Assembly (NCBI RefSeq): GCF_009914755.1
Contig: NC_060928.1
DNA: 64,000 bases
Source of the DNA: the human T2T-CHM13v2.0 reference genome, Homo sapiens
Strand: one strand, 5' to 3'
Positions 51,976 to 64,000 of the stretch are shown piece after piece (position 1 is the stretch's first letter; every line of letters starts with the position of its first letter). The notes beneath the pieces were generated by a model. The model was not told the origin of the DNA. It worked only from the letters and a program-made list of their open reading frames with translations, and did no database searches. The translations under genes and the position numbers were made by a program.

Positions 51976-54934
51976 CATGGGGAGGGGAATAACATAATAT
52001 AATTTACATATATATGCAAGTTATATCAGATATAATTTACATATATTTGTAATAGTCTGTCACTAACAGAGCCTCTGCTGTGTATTAAGCAATTGATATA
52101 TGTTTGTTGATTGATTGCATGGATGCAGGTCCCCTCTAACAGGTTTTATTCTAGTCAGTCTGGCTCAAACCGTTGATCTTAGACTATTGGCCCACCACCC
52201 ATTAATAAATGCTTGTGGTAGACTCAAACAGCATATGCACATTTTTATTTCACCTTCTGGATTTTTCTTCTCATAGACTTCCTTTTGTCTTGTAACCCCC
52301 ATCTCCTCCCCTTGGGCATCATTTTTTTAATTGAATTTGAGTTAAAAATCTGAACTGTTAACTGTGATTTAAGAGGTGATTCAGAAAGATTTAGCATTTC
52401 TGAAATTATCTGCAGCTGAATTGAAAAGAGAAATGTTCTTTTTGTCAAAGTAATTCAACTTTGAATATTTTGGAGGTAGTTTCTTGCATTATCTCTGCTC
52501 ACAAGCACTGTGAAGTAGAATTGTGGCCACTTCAATGGTAGAGCTAAGAATTTAAGCCTTTCTGCACAAGGCTTCAGGCCTTTTTCCATTGAGGATAATT
52601 GCACATGCTGGAAATTGTCAACCTCAAGGAAGGGTATTATTAATCTTCTATGAGAACCAGAGTTCAGCCTTGGGTTTGTGGAGGATGGTGAAGAGTAGTT
52701 GGCAAGTGGAAGGCAGGACACCATTGCTCCTTCCCTGCAAAGGATGTACCATTCCTATATTCATGGTGAAGTCTCTTATAAATACTCAGAGCTAAAAGAA
52801 TGAACAGCAGAAAGAATACACAATTTTATAAATTTTATACTATTATGTGTCCTAGCCTATTTAATGCATAAACTCTTGCATAATTTTGAACATTTTTTTC
52901 TATCTTTTCCTCTACCTGTCTAAAAACCCCATTTTACTCCTCCCTCAACAATGAAACATGAGGCTGGCAAGATGGAAACGGGCCAGCATCTGAGACTGCA
53001 GTGCTTATTAGTATGGTTCTTAAAACACAGCCAATGTAAGCCAAGTCCAAGTTGGAGACAAAAGTTAGTAGGTGAAAAGACCAGAAGCAAATCTCAAGAC
53101 CAAAGTCTTAAAACGAAGAATGTTAATGAAAGCAAGAATGGAGAAGCTAGGGGTGAAATTAATCCAAATAAGTGTGGGCAGAGTCAATGAGTAGTGAGTC
53201 GGCACGGTTACCTCAAGCATCTTCGAGGCATCTAGGTCTTGCCTGTATCAGTCACTGGTTTCACTTTGGGTACAAAATGGGTACGGGTTCACTTGGGTAC
53301 AAAAACCCTCCAATCACTCTTGCACCTGAATTCCAGCTTAACAAAACTACTCCCACTTCCTTAAAATGACAATCAATGTCCTTATGGGAACACTGTTTCT
53401 GTCTCTCTCTCTCTCTTTCCACCTAAATACATCTTCCTCTAAGCATAAACAGGGTTCTTCCTGCTAGTCTAGTCCTGGTATATTGTCATCAATATGAATT
53501 TTCTAATAAATGTGTGCTGAATTCAATGGTATAAAATGAAACATAATTTATATTTATTTTGTATATAAGTACATATGCATGTATTTATATCTCATCCTCT
53601 ATCACAATTTGAATCAGTTAAAGTAAATAAATTTGCTTTCCCCAAAATCTTCATCCCTATACTCTACTCTTCATTGCTTGATTTACTTAGGGTAATGTTA
53701 CTTTGCAGACCACCCAAAATATATTACCGAACCTGAAAGATGAGTAGTATTTTCAGTATCTGTGAAATACACATATATCACCATTTTCCACATTTATGTG
53801 GTTACAAGAATTAAAGCAAATATACAACTTCAATAAAATAGATCAATAGATCATGGATAGAACTCTGATTTAATTCATTTTGTAACTTTAAATCTTTGCA
53901 TGGTCAACATCATTTCTGAGACTGACACTTCCTTGTTGGACTCCTTCATACTCTGTCATTCATCTTGATGCCCAAAACAGACACTCCATGAGATCAGGCA
54001 GTGTCATTAATGCGTCTTATTTGAAACTCAGCATGAGATATTTGAAAGAAATTATATAAATCCAAATAAGGGATTTGTGTAAGACCTGAGTTTAAGTCTT
54101 GGCTAGAATACTCACTGGTTGTGAAACACTTCTTTCTTGTATTGATTTTTAAAATGCTCGTTGAACAGTATTTTATGTCCAAGATCCTGGGGACCCGGCA
54201 TTGAATGATTGTATGAGTCATATTTGGCCAGAGAAATGGAAATGACTGTAGGTGTATCAAACAAGATAAATTTAATATGAAGAGATAGTTGGCAGACTTG
54301 TTGGGAGGGCTGGAGGATTTTTTTTTTTTTTAAGGTGAGGATTACTCTTACCCAGAGCTAGAGAATTTAAGGAAGCTACCACCAGGACCTCAGTATGCTG
54401 AATCTAGTTTGCTACTACTACTCAAGAACCCACATAGCTGTGTCTCTGCTGCAGTGCTGATGGTCTTCTGATGCTACTGCAACAGCTGCCACTGTTGCTG
54501 CAGAAAACTTGGACGCACAAGACTGCATTAGTCCACTGTGTCTACTCTTCTTCAAACAACTTATGACTCTCTCCTATCTTTTAATAACATATCCTTGCCT
54601 TCCCATTAGTAGTACCAAAACCAGAACCGTGCTGGCAAGAAAGCCTGGGGCATGTAGTTTCTACTGTTTCAGCCATAATGATATGAGAGAGTCTAGAAAG
54701 AGGGTCACAAGTGGTTCTGAATTGTTAGCAGAAAATATGACATCATTATGGCACCATAATAGTGACAAAATGTTAGACTTCACAGAGATCAACTTAGAAT
54801 GCCCTGGATAGACAAACAAATAGAGTTATCCCTAACTAAATTTTCATAGTCTTATTATCCAAATGGTTGTTATGACAATTTGCAGAATTTCTATGTGAAT
54901 GTTGCTATTCAACATGCCAACAACAAGCATGTCA

Positions 54935-54971
54935 ACAACAAGCCAAACAACAAGCCAAACAACAAGCCAAA
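54935..54971. repeat. Tandem repeat, 12-bp unit caacaagccaaa x3
   Basis: Direct reading. Confidence 0.85.
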
Positions 54972-55418
54972 CCCTGAATTTGTGTGCTAGTGAAAACATC
55001 CAAGTTATTTGCAAATCCTGTCAATAGAATGCCGATTGTACTGCAGTAATATCTCAAATGTTCTCTTAAAAGGATCCCATTCAGTGCTCATGTTTTGTAA
55101 ACATACCATGAAGTTATTGCTACCGTCTTCACAATAGTATTAAGTGAAAATATCTTCCAAGAAGGTGTAAGAGGAAGGAAAGCAACAAAATACACAATGC
55201 CAATGCTTTACAAAAAATTATAAATCATGCAGACAAAATGACTTGTTGTGAGTGAACATCATCATGACATAGGCAAAGATACCATGTTTAAAAATGCAGT
55301 TGTAAGTTTCATAACATGTTATCATTAGTTGTATAACTAAGCAAAAGGCACAAGAGTAGGTTTCTCATTCTCATTGTTTTCTCTGTGCCTTTGGATATTG
55401 ATGCATATGAATCTACTT

Positions 55419-56294
55419 TTTTTTTATTTTTTATTTTTATTTAGTATTATATGTTAAGTTTTAGGGTACGTGTACACAACATGCAGGTTTGTTACATACG
55501 TATACATGTGCCATGTTGGTGTGCTGCACCCAGTAACTTGTCATTTAGCATTAGGTATATCTCCTAATGCTATCCCTCCCCCCTACCCCCACCCCATAAC
55601 AGTCCCTGCTGTGTGATGTTCCCCTTCCTGTGTCCATGTGTTCTCATTGTTCAATTCCCACCTATGAGTGAGAACATGCAGTGTTTGGTTTTTTGTCCTT
55701 GCGATAGTTTGCTGAGAATGACGGTTTCCAGCTTCATCCATGTCCCTACAAAGGACATGAACTCATCATTTTTTATGGCTGCATAGTATTCCATGGTGTA
55801 TATGTGCCACATTTTCTTAATCCAGTCTATCATTGTTGGACATTTGGGTTGGTTCCAAGTCTTTGCTATTGTGAATAGTGCCGCAATAAACGTACGTGTG
55901 CATGTGTCTTTATAGCAGCATGATTTATAATCCTTTGGGTATGTACCCAGTAATGGGATGGCTGGGTCAAATGGTATTTCTAGTTCTAGATCCCTGAGGA
56001 ATCGCCACACTGACTTCCACAATGGTTGAACTAGTTTACAGTCCCACCAACAGTGTAAAAGTGTTCCTATTTCTCCACATCCTCTCCAGCACCTGATGTT
56101 TCCTGACTTTTTAATGATCGCCATTCTAACTGGTGTGAGATGGTATCTCATTGTGGTTTTGATTTGCATTTCTCTGATGGCCAGTGATGGTGAGCATTTT
56201 TTCATGTGTTTTTTGGCTGCATAAATGTCTTTTGAGAAGTGTCTGTTCATATCCTTCGCCCACTTTTTGATGAGGTTGTTTGTTTTTTTCTTGT
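55419..56294 (-). mobile_element. 5'-truncated primate L1 (L1PA3-5-like), ~876 bp
   Basis: Poly(T) tail, 3'UTR, ORF2 end; TSD atctactt (55411-55418, 56295-56302). Confidence 0.95.
55651..56294 (-). pseudogene. L1 ORF2p C-terminal remnant, frame open to its natural stop
   Basis: [32 protein letters not shown] (CCHC motif)..SLIGGN*. Confidence 0.9.
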
Positions 56295-57589
56295 ATCTAC
56301 TTCTTGAATCTAAAACTCCAAGAACTGAAGACTCTTCCGGCTCTGCAAATTTGCATATAGACAAACCAAAGACACTTACTATTTCAGCCATCCTTTCACC
56401 GCTGCTTCTCCCTCCTTTATAACATAATATAATAGCCACAGTAACTACATGCTCTCTCTACCATCTTTCACCACCAAACCTTTCTCAGGCAGCTCTCCAA
56501 TTGGCAGATAACAATTTTAATTATGTTTTAATTGATTTTATTTTGCTAAGCACTATTTTAACTCATCATGTATTTTTAACTTATTTTTGTTTCTATTACA
56601 GTATTCAGAGGAGGAAAATGTACTTTGTATCAACATGTACAGTATCAATACAAACTACATTTGTATGTATACAATGTATACTGCACCTGCATTAGTAAAT
56701 GATAGGCCGGGCACCCACAACATCTTTCATGAAAGGGAAGGCAAGGACCCTTCTCCCAATTTAAAGAAAACACAATGTGGGTTTAAACTATCCCTAAATT
56801 TGCCATCCAACACAATTTTAGGTACCAATTACATTTGGAAATTGAAGGATGTTTTTAGTAACAAAAATGATCATGAGCTATTTAGATGGAGAAACACAAG
56901 CTATGAAGAATGGGATCAAACTATCTGAACTAAGACCTGAAAAATAAATAGAGTAGAAAAGGCAAAAGACGGAGGGGGCTCAGAGTCAAGGGCAGTCAAG
57001 GATGAGCCAAAAAATAGCAGATGCTAAACCATAATCAAGGGAAAATGTTTTCTGCTCCAAGTCCTTGGAAAGGGTAACTATAAGACTGTAGAACAGGAGT
57101 GGAAGAGTAGCAAGAGGAAAACTGCCAAGGTAGATACTTAGGAAATAGCTTATAAATCATGTTGAAAAATTCAAGCTTCATCTTAGGGGCAAGGGAATAC
57201 TCCAACAGATTTAAGTAGGTGAGTAATGTGGCTGTATTTGGATTCTATGACTATTTTTTGTGCTCTGTGTAATCTGGATGAAGGGTACAGTATTGCAATT
57301 GTGAAGAACCATTAGCAGGCCATTGCAATAGCTTTGCCAAACCTTTATTTTCCCTAATGGGAAAGTTATATTACTACCGTAAGTATCATTTGTATTCATC
57401 ACCTTTCCATCTCTGGTCTTTGCTAAATTTAATATTATTTATTTTTATCTATGTTTGATATGTGAACTAAGTCACTGATATTTCATCCTTACATATATTT
57501 ATTCTTTTGCATAAACATAGATGTGCGATTTTCTGAAGTTTTAGATTAGCTGGCCTAAAATTATGTGTGCTAATAACATCCAATTTACA

Positions 57590-57820
57590 TTGACCACTTG
57601 CTATGTACAGAGCCCTGGGCTAAGTGCTTAAAATGCAGTTTCTCACTGAATTCTCATAAAACCCTTTGGATTGTCATTATGGTTTTTTTGTGGATGGACA
57701 GGCTGGGGCTTAGAGAGGTTGCAGAACTTATTCAAGGATATGGAATTAGTTACTCATGGACATGAGACACAACCCAAATTTTTTAGACCTTAGGGTCAGA
57801 GCTTTATTCACCAGTTGCAC
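57590..57820 (-). mobile_element. MIR
   Basis: ttgaccacttgctatgt..ggggcttagagaggtt..ttattcaagg. Confidence 0.7.
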
Positions 57821-58009
57821 ATGATTGAGATCTGTTCTTTGTGAGTCACAAAACACAGGGACATCACAACACAGGGGAAGAAAGTACCAGAAAAAGCCCA
57901 GGCTGGGGAAGAAATTAGAGACTTTGTGAGGACTCTCAGTTCCTCCAACAATGATGGAATAGCAGGTAACATTCTATTCAGTGCAGATCTTCATTTTTCC
58001 CTCTGTTAA

Positions 58010-58150
58010 TTCACCATTTACAGATAGAGAAACTGAGATCTAGAGAGCTGACTAGATTGGCTCAAGATTATTCCACTAGTCTGTGGTAACATGACACTCA
58101 AGTTCACAAATATTCAACTAAAAATCCAGTACTATTTCTACTACATTCAT
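58010..58150 (-). mobile_element. MIR
   Basis: ccatttacagatagagaaactgagatctagagag. Confidence 0.7.
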
Positions 58151-59611
58151 TTGTAGATGGAAAAGCTCAAGTGTTTCAGAGGCTTGGCAGTTCTTAGAAC
58201 CACAGGGGCTGGTCCTGCAGTATTAAGATGCATAAGAAGAGGTCTTCAACTTGATGACCTCACAGTTCTGCCACTTCTGTCTGCACTCCACTTCCTGTTC
58301 TTCTTTTGTTTGTTCACTTCCTTTTTCTTTGCTCTTTGCAGCAATCACTGCTCTTGGTGATGTAGGTTGTGAGGCTTTCAGGAAATAGGATCTCAGAGCC
58401 TTTGAAAATTATTCACATTATGCTATTTGGGATCTGAGTCATCTTCCATGGAGGTATATTGAGAATGGATTAAAAGCACATCATTTTATTCAAAGAACAG
58501 AATTGCTGATGTCTCCTAAAGAATACAAGACCAAACAAGAATTTACTTTGCATAAGAGCCCAATATGAAAAGATAATCCTCTAAATGCCCTGATGAGCCT
58601 TTGGAAAGGACAGAGTTTTTTTGAAGGACTCGAAGGACTTTTGCACGGATTACCATGTTTTTCCCCTCATGAATTTGCTTCTTATTTCATAAAGGAAGAC
58701 ATAAATATTCTAAATCATGAGCAAAAAAAGAAACTATATCCAATTCTAATTCTGCATTCTTTTATTCTCTAACTTATAGCTCTGGCTCTCAAACATTAAA
58801 TCCTGTATCAGTAGACAGAGCTGCAGGTGTTAACAACCATTCCTGTAATCTTAAGTGAACTTAATGTGACTCTTAAATGCCCTCTAGTCCAGATGGTATG
58901 TTTCCTTTATTTGGTATTTTAATGTGGTAGTATATTTAAAACAAAGAACTATTTTTAGACTTGTTGGTCTAAACCACTTGTTGGCAAGTGGTTTTTACAT
59001 CCAGGTATTTAGAAGAATGTTAGAAATGTTAATGTGAAAAGGATCATTATCAATCATCAGTTTTTTTGTTGTTGTTATTGAGTGTGTGCCAAACAGGAGG
59101 TGCTGGTATTCATGACTTTATTAGTTACACAATGCCAAGTATGGATTGCTGGATTTATCTATGGAAAATAGACAATATTTGTACCTTCTCAATACTTATA
59201 AAATAAATGATACAGTTATAAATTTTACATTTATCATATAAAGAGATGCCAAGTGGGTAAATTGGTCCATGAAGAAACTTTTCAAAGGAGTTAGGTAAGT
59301 TAAAAATTAGCTTATTGAATATAATACAACTAATAGAAATAATAGCAGCCATAATAACCATTTTTGTTTTCTATGTGTAAGGCAATGACCTAGTAATTGC
59401 ACATATATTATCATAAATTTTTCATTCATGCTACAAAGTAACTATTAAACTTACTTAACATATAGGTAAATCAAACCTCAGGGACGCCAGGATACTTGCT
59501 CAAAATCACACTCCCGTCAAGCCAAGATGGCACCAGGTCTCTATGACTTTGAAACCAACATTCTTTCAACAGACTATTGCTGCTATAGTGCTGCATAGGC
59601 TGCTCAGTTGA

Positions 59612-59670
59612 TTCTCTCTCTCTCTTTTTCACACACACACACAAACACACACACACACAAACACACACCA
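59612..59670. repeat. (TC)n-(CA)n microsatellite
   Basis: Direct reading. Confidence 0.85.
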
Positions 59671-60349
59671 CTACTTAGTGAGACTTTCTCACTTGACAGA
59701 AATAAAATGGAAGACTCAGAAAGGAGAAAGAAGACCATAAGGCTGGTTGGTGGTAGTACTAAAATTGGAACCCAGCTGTCTACCTGAGCTCTTTCTTGTC
59801 TACCTGTCTCTCACCTATGATATATATAAATCCAAGCTGATTTCCCAGAAATCTAACCTGGAATGACTCTGTTTCCTCAATGGTTAGTTTTTTCTTATTC
59901 CAAGAATCCTAAGGCTGAGGAGAGGAGACAGAAACACTCCAATGCTGCTGAAGCAGAAGGAAAAGGGGAAGCAGAGCCCAGGGACTACAGTTCTGGCTCC
60001 AGCTCTTTAACCATCTGAACACCTGGGGAGGCACTCAGCCCCATGTGGTTCATCCCTTGTCTAAAAGTCAGGAAGAGAGAACATTCTTACCTACTTATGG
60101 GGTTGTTAGAGAGGTCAAATGAGGTGATAAATGGGTAAGTGCTTTGCAAATTCTGAAGCGCTATTGGGACTGTAACATTCCACAAGCTCAGGATCATATA
60201 AGAGTAACCCTATAAGAACAGTAAACACATTCTGTGCCCCCAACCCGTTATATTGGAACATGTGAATTAAGCGAAACTATGGTGTATATTTTAATTGTGT
60301 CTGCTACACTCGCCTCTCCTTTTATTGCCATAGAGTTTATTTTAATATC

Positions 60350-60635
60350 TGTAGCACTTCTTAGACCAGGAGCAGGTGCAGCCTGTGAAAATGAGGGTAA
60401 TAATCACCCCTTTCTATAGTGGGTAGAAGTGAAAGAATATGAATATGTCCAGTTTCCTATGCTTCAGAGGGACAATTGTGAAGCATACTCTACAAGATTC
60501 TTCAGTGAGTATGTGTAGGGTTGAACCACAGCTACTCACCTCAGTTTCCAACTTAACACCATAATCTTTCTTGACTGTTCCTTTTCTGTTGTCTCAATTA
60601 TTGTCTCCCTATCTCTGTTTCATGGGATCTCTATC
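60350..60635 (+). mobile_element. LTR16-like ERVL fragment (outermost layer of the nest)
   Basis: ttccttttctgttgtctca..tctgtttcatgggatc resembles LTR16; possible terminus aactaagaca at 62347-62356. Confidence 0.4.
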
Positions 60636-60726
60636 TGTGACAGTTAATTTTATATGTCAACTTGACTGGATAATGGGGTGCCCAGCTGTTTGGTTAAGCA
60701 TGATTTCTCATTGTGTCTGTGAGGAT

Positions 60727-62000
60727 TGTAAACCAAAAAGTATCTCAGACAGGTCTCAATCAATTCAGAGGTTTATTTTATCAAGATTAAAGGCCATGGC
60801 CCATGACTCAGCCTCAGTAAGTCCTGAGAACATGTGCCCATGGTGGCTGGGTTACAGATTGATATTTCACATTTTAGGGAGACAGAAGTTACAGGCAAAG
60901 AGACAAACCAACACATGTAAGGTATACATTGACTTGGCTCAGAAAGATAGAACATCTCAAAGGGGAGGGTTGGGGTGAGGGGTGGCTTCCAAGCCATAGG
61001 TGGGCTCAGAGATTTTCTAATTGGCAAGTGGTTGAAAGAGTTAAACTTTGCCTGAAGAGTTGAAGTCAGCTTGAGTTAAGATAAGCGGGAGTTGTAGAAG
61101 CCAAGGTTCTTGTTATGTATATGAAGCCCATAGGTAGCAGACTTCAGAGATAATAGATGCTTAATGGTTCTTATGGGACCTTGAAAAGTGTCAGACTCTC
61201 CAGAAAAGACCTAGTAGGAGAAGATTCTCCACAGAATGCAATTTTCTCACTCAAGAGACAGCTGTATTAGTCTCTTCTCACATTGCCATAAAAAAACTAC
61301 CTGAGACTGGGTAATTTACCAAAAAAAAAAAAAAAAAAAGAGGTTTAATTGGCTCACATTCCACAGGCTGTACAGGAGGCATGGCTGGGTAGGCCTCAGG
61401 AGACTTACCATCATGGCAGAAGGGCAAAGGGGAAGCAAGCACATCTTCACATGGCAGCAGGAGAGAGAGAGAGAGAGTAAAGGAGGAAGTGCTATACACC
61501 TTCAAACAGCCAGATCTCATGAGAACTTCCTCACTATCATGAGAACAGCAAGGGGAAAATCAAACTCTTTGGTCCAATCACTTCCCACCAGGTTCCTTCC
61601 CCAACACTGGGGATTACAGTTCAACATGAGAGTTGGGTGGGGAGCCAAATCATAATAACAGCTTTGCTGGGGCATCACAAAATAAGTAAAAATAATATAT
61701 TTGGGGTTAAACATTCTGATTTCCTTCAGAGCTTGCTATCTGTAATGTAATGCTGTACCAGAGTCAGTTTGGAAATGGGTGTCTTATTGCTACAGTCTGT
61801 TTTTCAGTCTTAACATGTTTTAATGTTAATGCTGGTCAGTTGTGTCTAAATTCCAAAGGGACGAGGGAATAATGAGGTGTGTCTGACCTCCTCTTCTCTT
61901 CATGGCCTGAATTAGTTTTTCAGGTTTCATTGGGATCCCCTTGGCCAAGAAGGGTTCTGTTTAGTCAGTTGGGGGTTTAAAATTTTATTCTTGGTATACA
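60727..62000 (-). mobile_element. MER4D/E-type ERV1 LTR split by MSTA
   Basis: tgtaaaccaaaaagtatctcagacaggtctcaatcaat..; ends aattttattcttggtataca. Confidence 0.85.
61263..61657 (-). mobile_element. MSTA MaLR solo LTR
   Basis: tgtattagtc..acctgagactgggtaattta..aggctgtacaggaggcatggc..cagatctcatgagaact; 5-bp TSD acagc (61258-61262, 61658-61662). Confidence 0.9.
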
Positions 62001-63379
62001 GCCTGTTTCTGGATAACATTAATATTTGAATTAGAAGACTGAGTAAAGCAAATTTCTGTCTCCCCATGTGAGTATACCTTATCTAAACTTGTCTAACCCA
62101 TTGAATGCCTAAATAGAATAAAAGGCTGAGTAAGAAAAAATTTCCCTCTCTGCCTGATTCACCTGGGGTATAGTTATTCTCCTGCCTTTCGACTCTAACT
62201 CAGACTGAAACTACCCAGTTAGCTCTCCTGATTCTCAGGCTTTTAGACTTGGACTGGAACTACACCATTTGCTTTTCTGTGTCTCCAGCTTGCTGACTGC
62301 AGCTCTTGGAATTCTCAGCCTCTGTCATCACATAAACCAAGCCATTAACTAAGACATATGAGTTGATGTTAAGCCCCTTATATTCTATCATCTTTGATTT
62401 CTTTTGTTTTAGGAAAAATTTTCATAACTTGTACCATGTGCTAGGCACTATAGTGGAGGATGCTGGAATATGACAGGCTTCTCCCCTTAAAGCCCTTGAA
62501 GACTAGAAAGGAAGACAGACATAGAAATAGACAATTGCGTACAGTGTAGTGAGGGCCACAGAAAAGGCAAATCTCCTTGGTCTCTGCAGCAGTGTCCATA
62601 ACTGGATTCAGCTCCCATTATTAAATTTCTGGTCATGCTTCCTCAGCACAATCCCCCTCCCCCAGGCTTGGCACAGACTTCCAGCCAAGACATCTTTCCT
62701 AATGATATTTCTGGGCTCTTACACTGACGCAATGACAGCTGTGAAGAATGCTTCATCCCAGAAAGGTCAGGGAACAGCGTAATCCACAGACTAGCAGCCA
62801 CTTTGCACAAAGCCCATTGCCGAAACACAGATTTTAACCTTTTGGATTTCTCTAAAGTTGGCTTCAGTTTCTGCACCCTGCCCAAGGCTGGCAGTGCTGA
62901 GGGAAAGGCGAAAATGGGAATTATGATGGGGCGGTCCCAATAACAGACTTCTTATCCTGTCCTGCCAACCTCTGCAAATGTTGCACTGGGTGCTTTGGAC
63001 CTGTGTTTATTGGACAACGAATGTCTGATTAAAAGTGGCAATGCTGCAGCTCACACTACAACAAATGCATAAAAGTGAAGCATGGATATGCTAACCAGTG
63101 TCTTCCTTCATGCTGTGGGAACAGACAAAAGGATTCAGCTAGGGACCTAACCTGTCTAGGCAGACAAATCACTTTTCTTTTGGCTCTTCCACAAGTGAGT
63201 GTTAAATGACTGCTCTGAGGCAGACACTTCAATGGGCACTGAGCATGTGAAGGTAATGAGACTAAATCCACTTTCCTGGGGCTCCCATAGTCTGCTGAAG
63301 AAGTTGGATGCAACATCAGGTTGCAGGGCACCATGGCGTTCCTCTGTGAACAGCCTCTTAGGAAGGGACTGGGTCAAAT

Positions 63380-63870
63380 GGTTTAGAGAAGAAGGTTTAG
63401 GTTTAGGTATATCCACATTTGAATTCCAATTTCAACACGTACTAGCTTCTCAGTGTAGACAGTGATTTCACCTCACTGAGCTTTAATCCTTCATCTGACA
63501 ATGGGACAGCAGTGTGTTTACACAGTATGGTTATGGGATGATCTGTGGAAAGAGCTGGCACATGGTGTATCCAAGAGGAGGGGCATGTTGCTATCTCCAT
63601 TTTGTACCTCCACCCTCCCTGCCCAAGGGTCCTGAGCTGCCCTCTCTGTGCCGCTCCTCTGCATCATAGCCACATCTGAGACTCTGTTTTGCCCTCAGCA
63701 TTTCAGATTGTGACTGTCAACAGAAATTAAGTCATTTAACCCTCTAAGTCTCAGTTTCTCATCGGCAAAATGGAAATAAATAATCGTATTGAATTGCTAT
63801 GAATGCTTAATAAGGCAATGGTTGAGAGAGTACTTTGTAAACTATGAAGCCCCCTAAATAGTTGTTCATT
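63380..63870 (+). mobile_element. Two MIR fragments (~63380-63570 and ~63720-63870)
   Basis: tttcacctcactgagcttt..catctg; aagtcatttaaccctctaagtctcagtttctcatc. Confidence 0.7.
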
Positions 63871-64000
63871 ACCTATGTGAAGAGGCCCTCAGGAGGGAAG
63901 TAAAAGTGCTGAGGGAATTTTCCTGGGTTATAGGTGCAGCTGCTCCCTCTGGTCTGAGTTTTGTATTTTAGGGTTATATTGCATATGTTTTGTTTTAAAA

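Larger units (their letters stand above)
60636..62345 (+). mobile_element. MLT2 (C/D-like) LTR split by MER4 (pieces 60636-60726 and 62001-62345)
   Basis: tgtgacagttaattttatatgtcaacttgactgg..tgtgtctgtgagg|gtttctggat..agactgagtaaagca..ctccagcttgctgactgcag. Confidence 0.85.

Overview
This is CpG-depleted, AT-rich primate (human-like) nuclear DNA, intergenic or deep intronic. I find no credible host protein-coding exon, and the short ORFs in the track are explained by repeats, microsatellites or chance. Much of the window is recognisable interspersed repeat: five Alus (J/S/Y), a 5'-truncated L1PA keeping the ORF2 C-terminus, an older 5'-inverted L1MA, and many solo LTRs. The LTRs include LTR12C-like/ERV9, LTR1, two MER4-group, THE1D, MSTA/B/C/D, MLT1 and MLT2 elements, several nested inside each other with readable target-site duplications (TSDs). 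There are also DNA transposon MITEs (MER5A, MER58A, MER44A, MER96B-like) and decayed MIR/L2/L3 fragments. The most notable items are (i) a tailless retro-copy of the 5' half of tRNA-Gly(TCC); (ii) an intact LTR12C-like promoter whose 3' junction creates a splice donor upstream of an inverted Alu pair; (iii) a twin-primed L1 with junction microhomology and surviving TSDs; (iv) a three- to four-layer LTR nest; and (v) repeat-free islands with hairpins or TF-motif clusters. Subfamily names come from recalled consensus sequences and were not database-checked. I do not see evidence for a genuinely new biological system.
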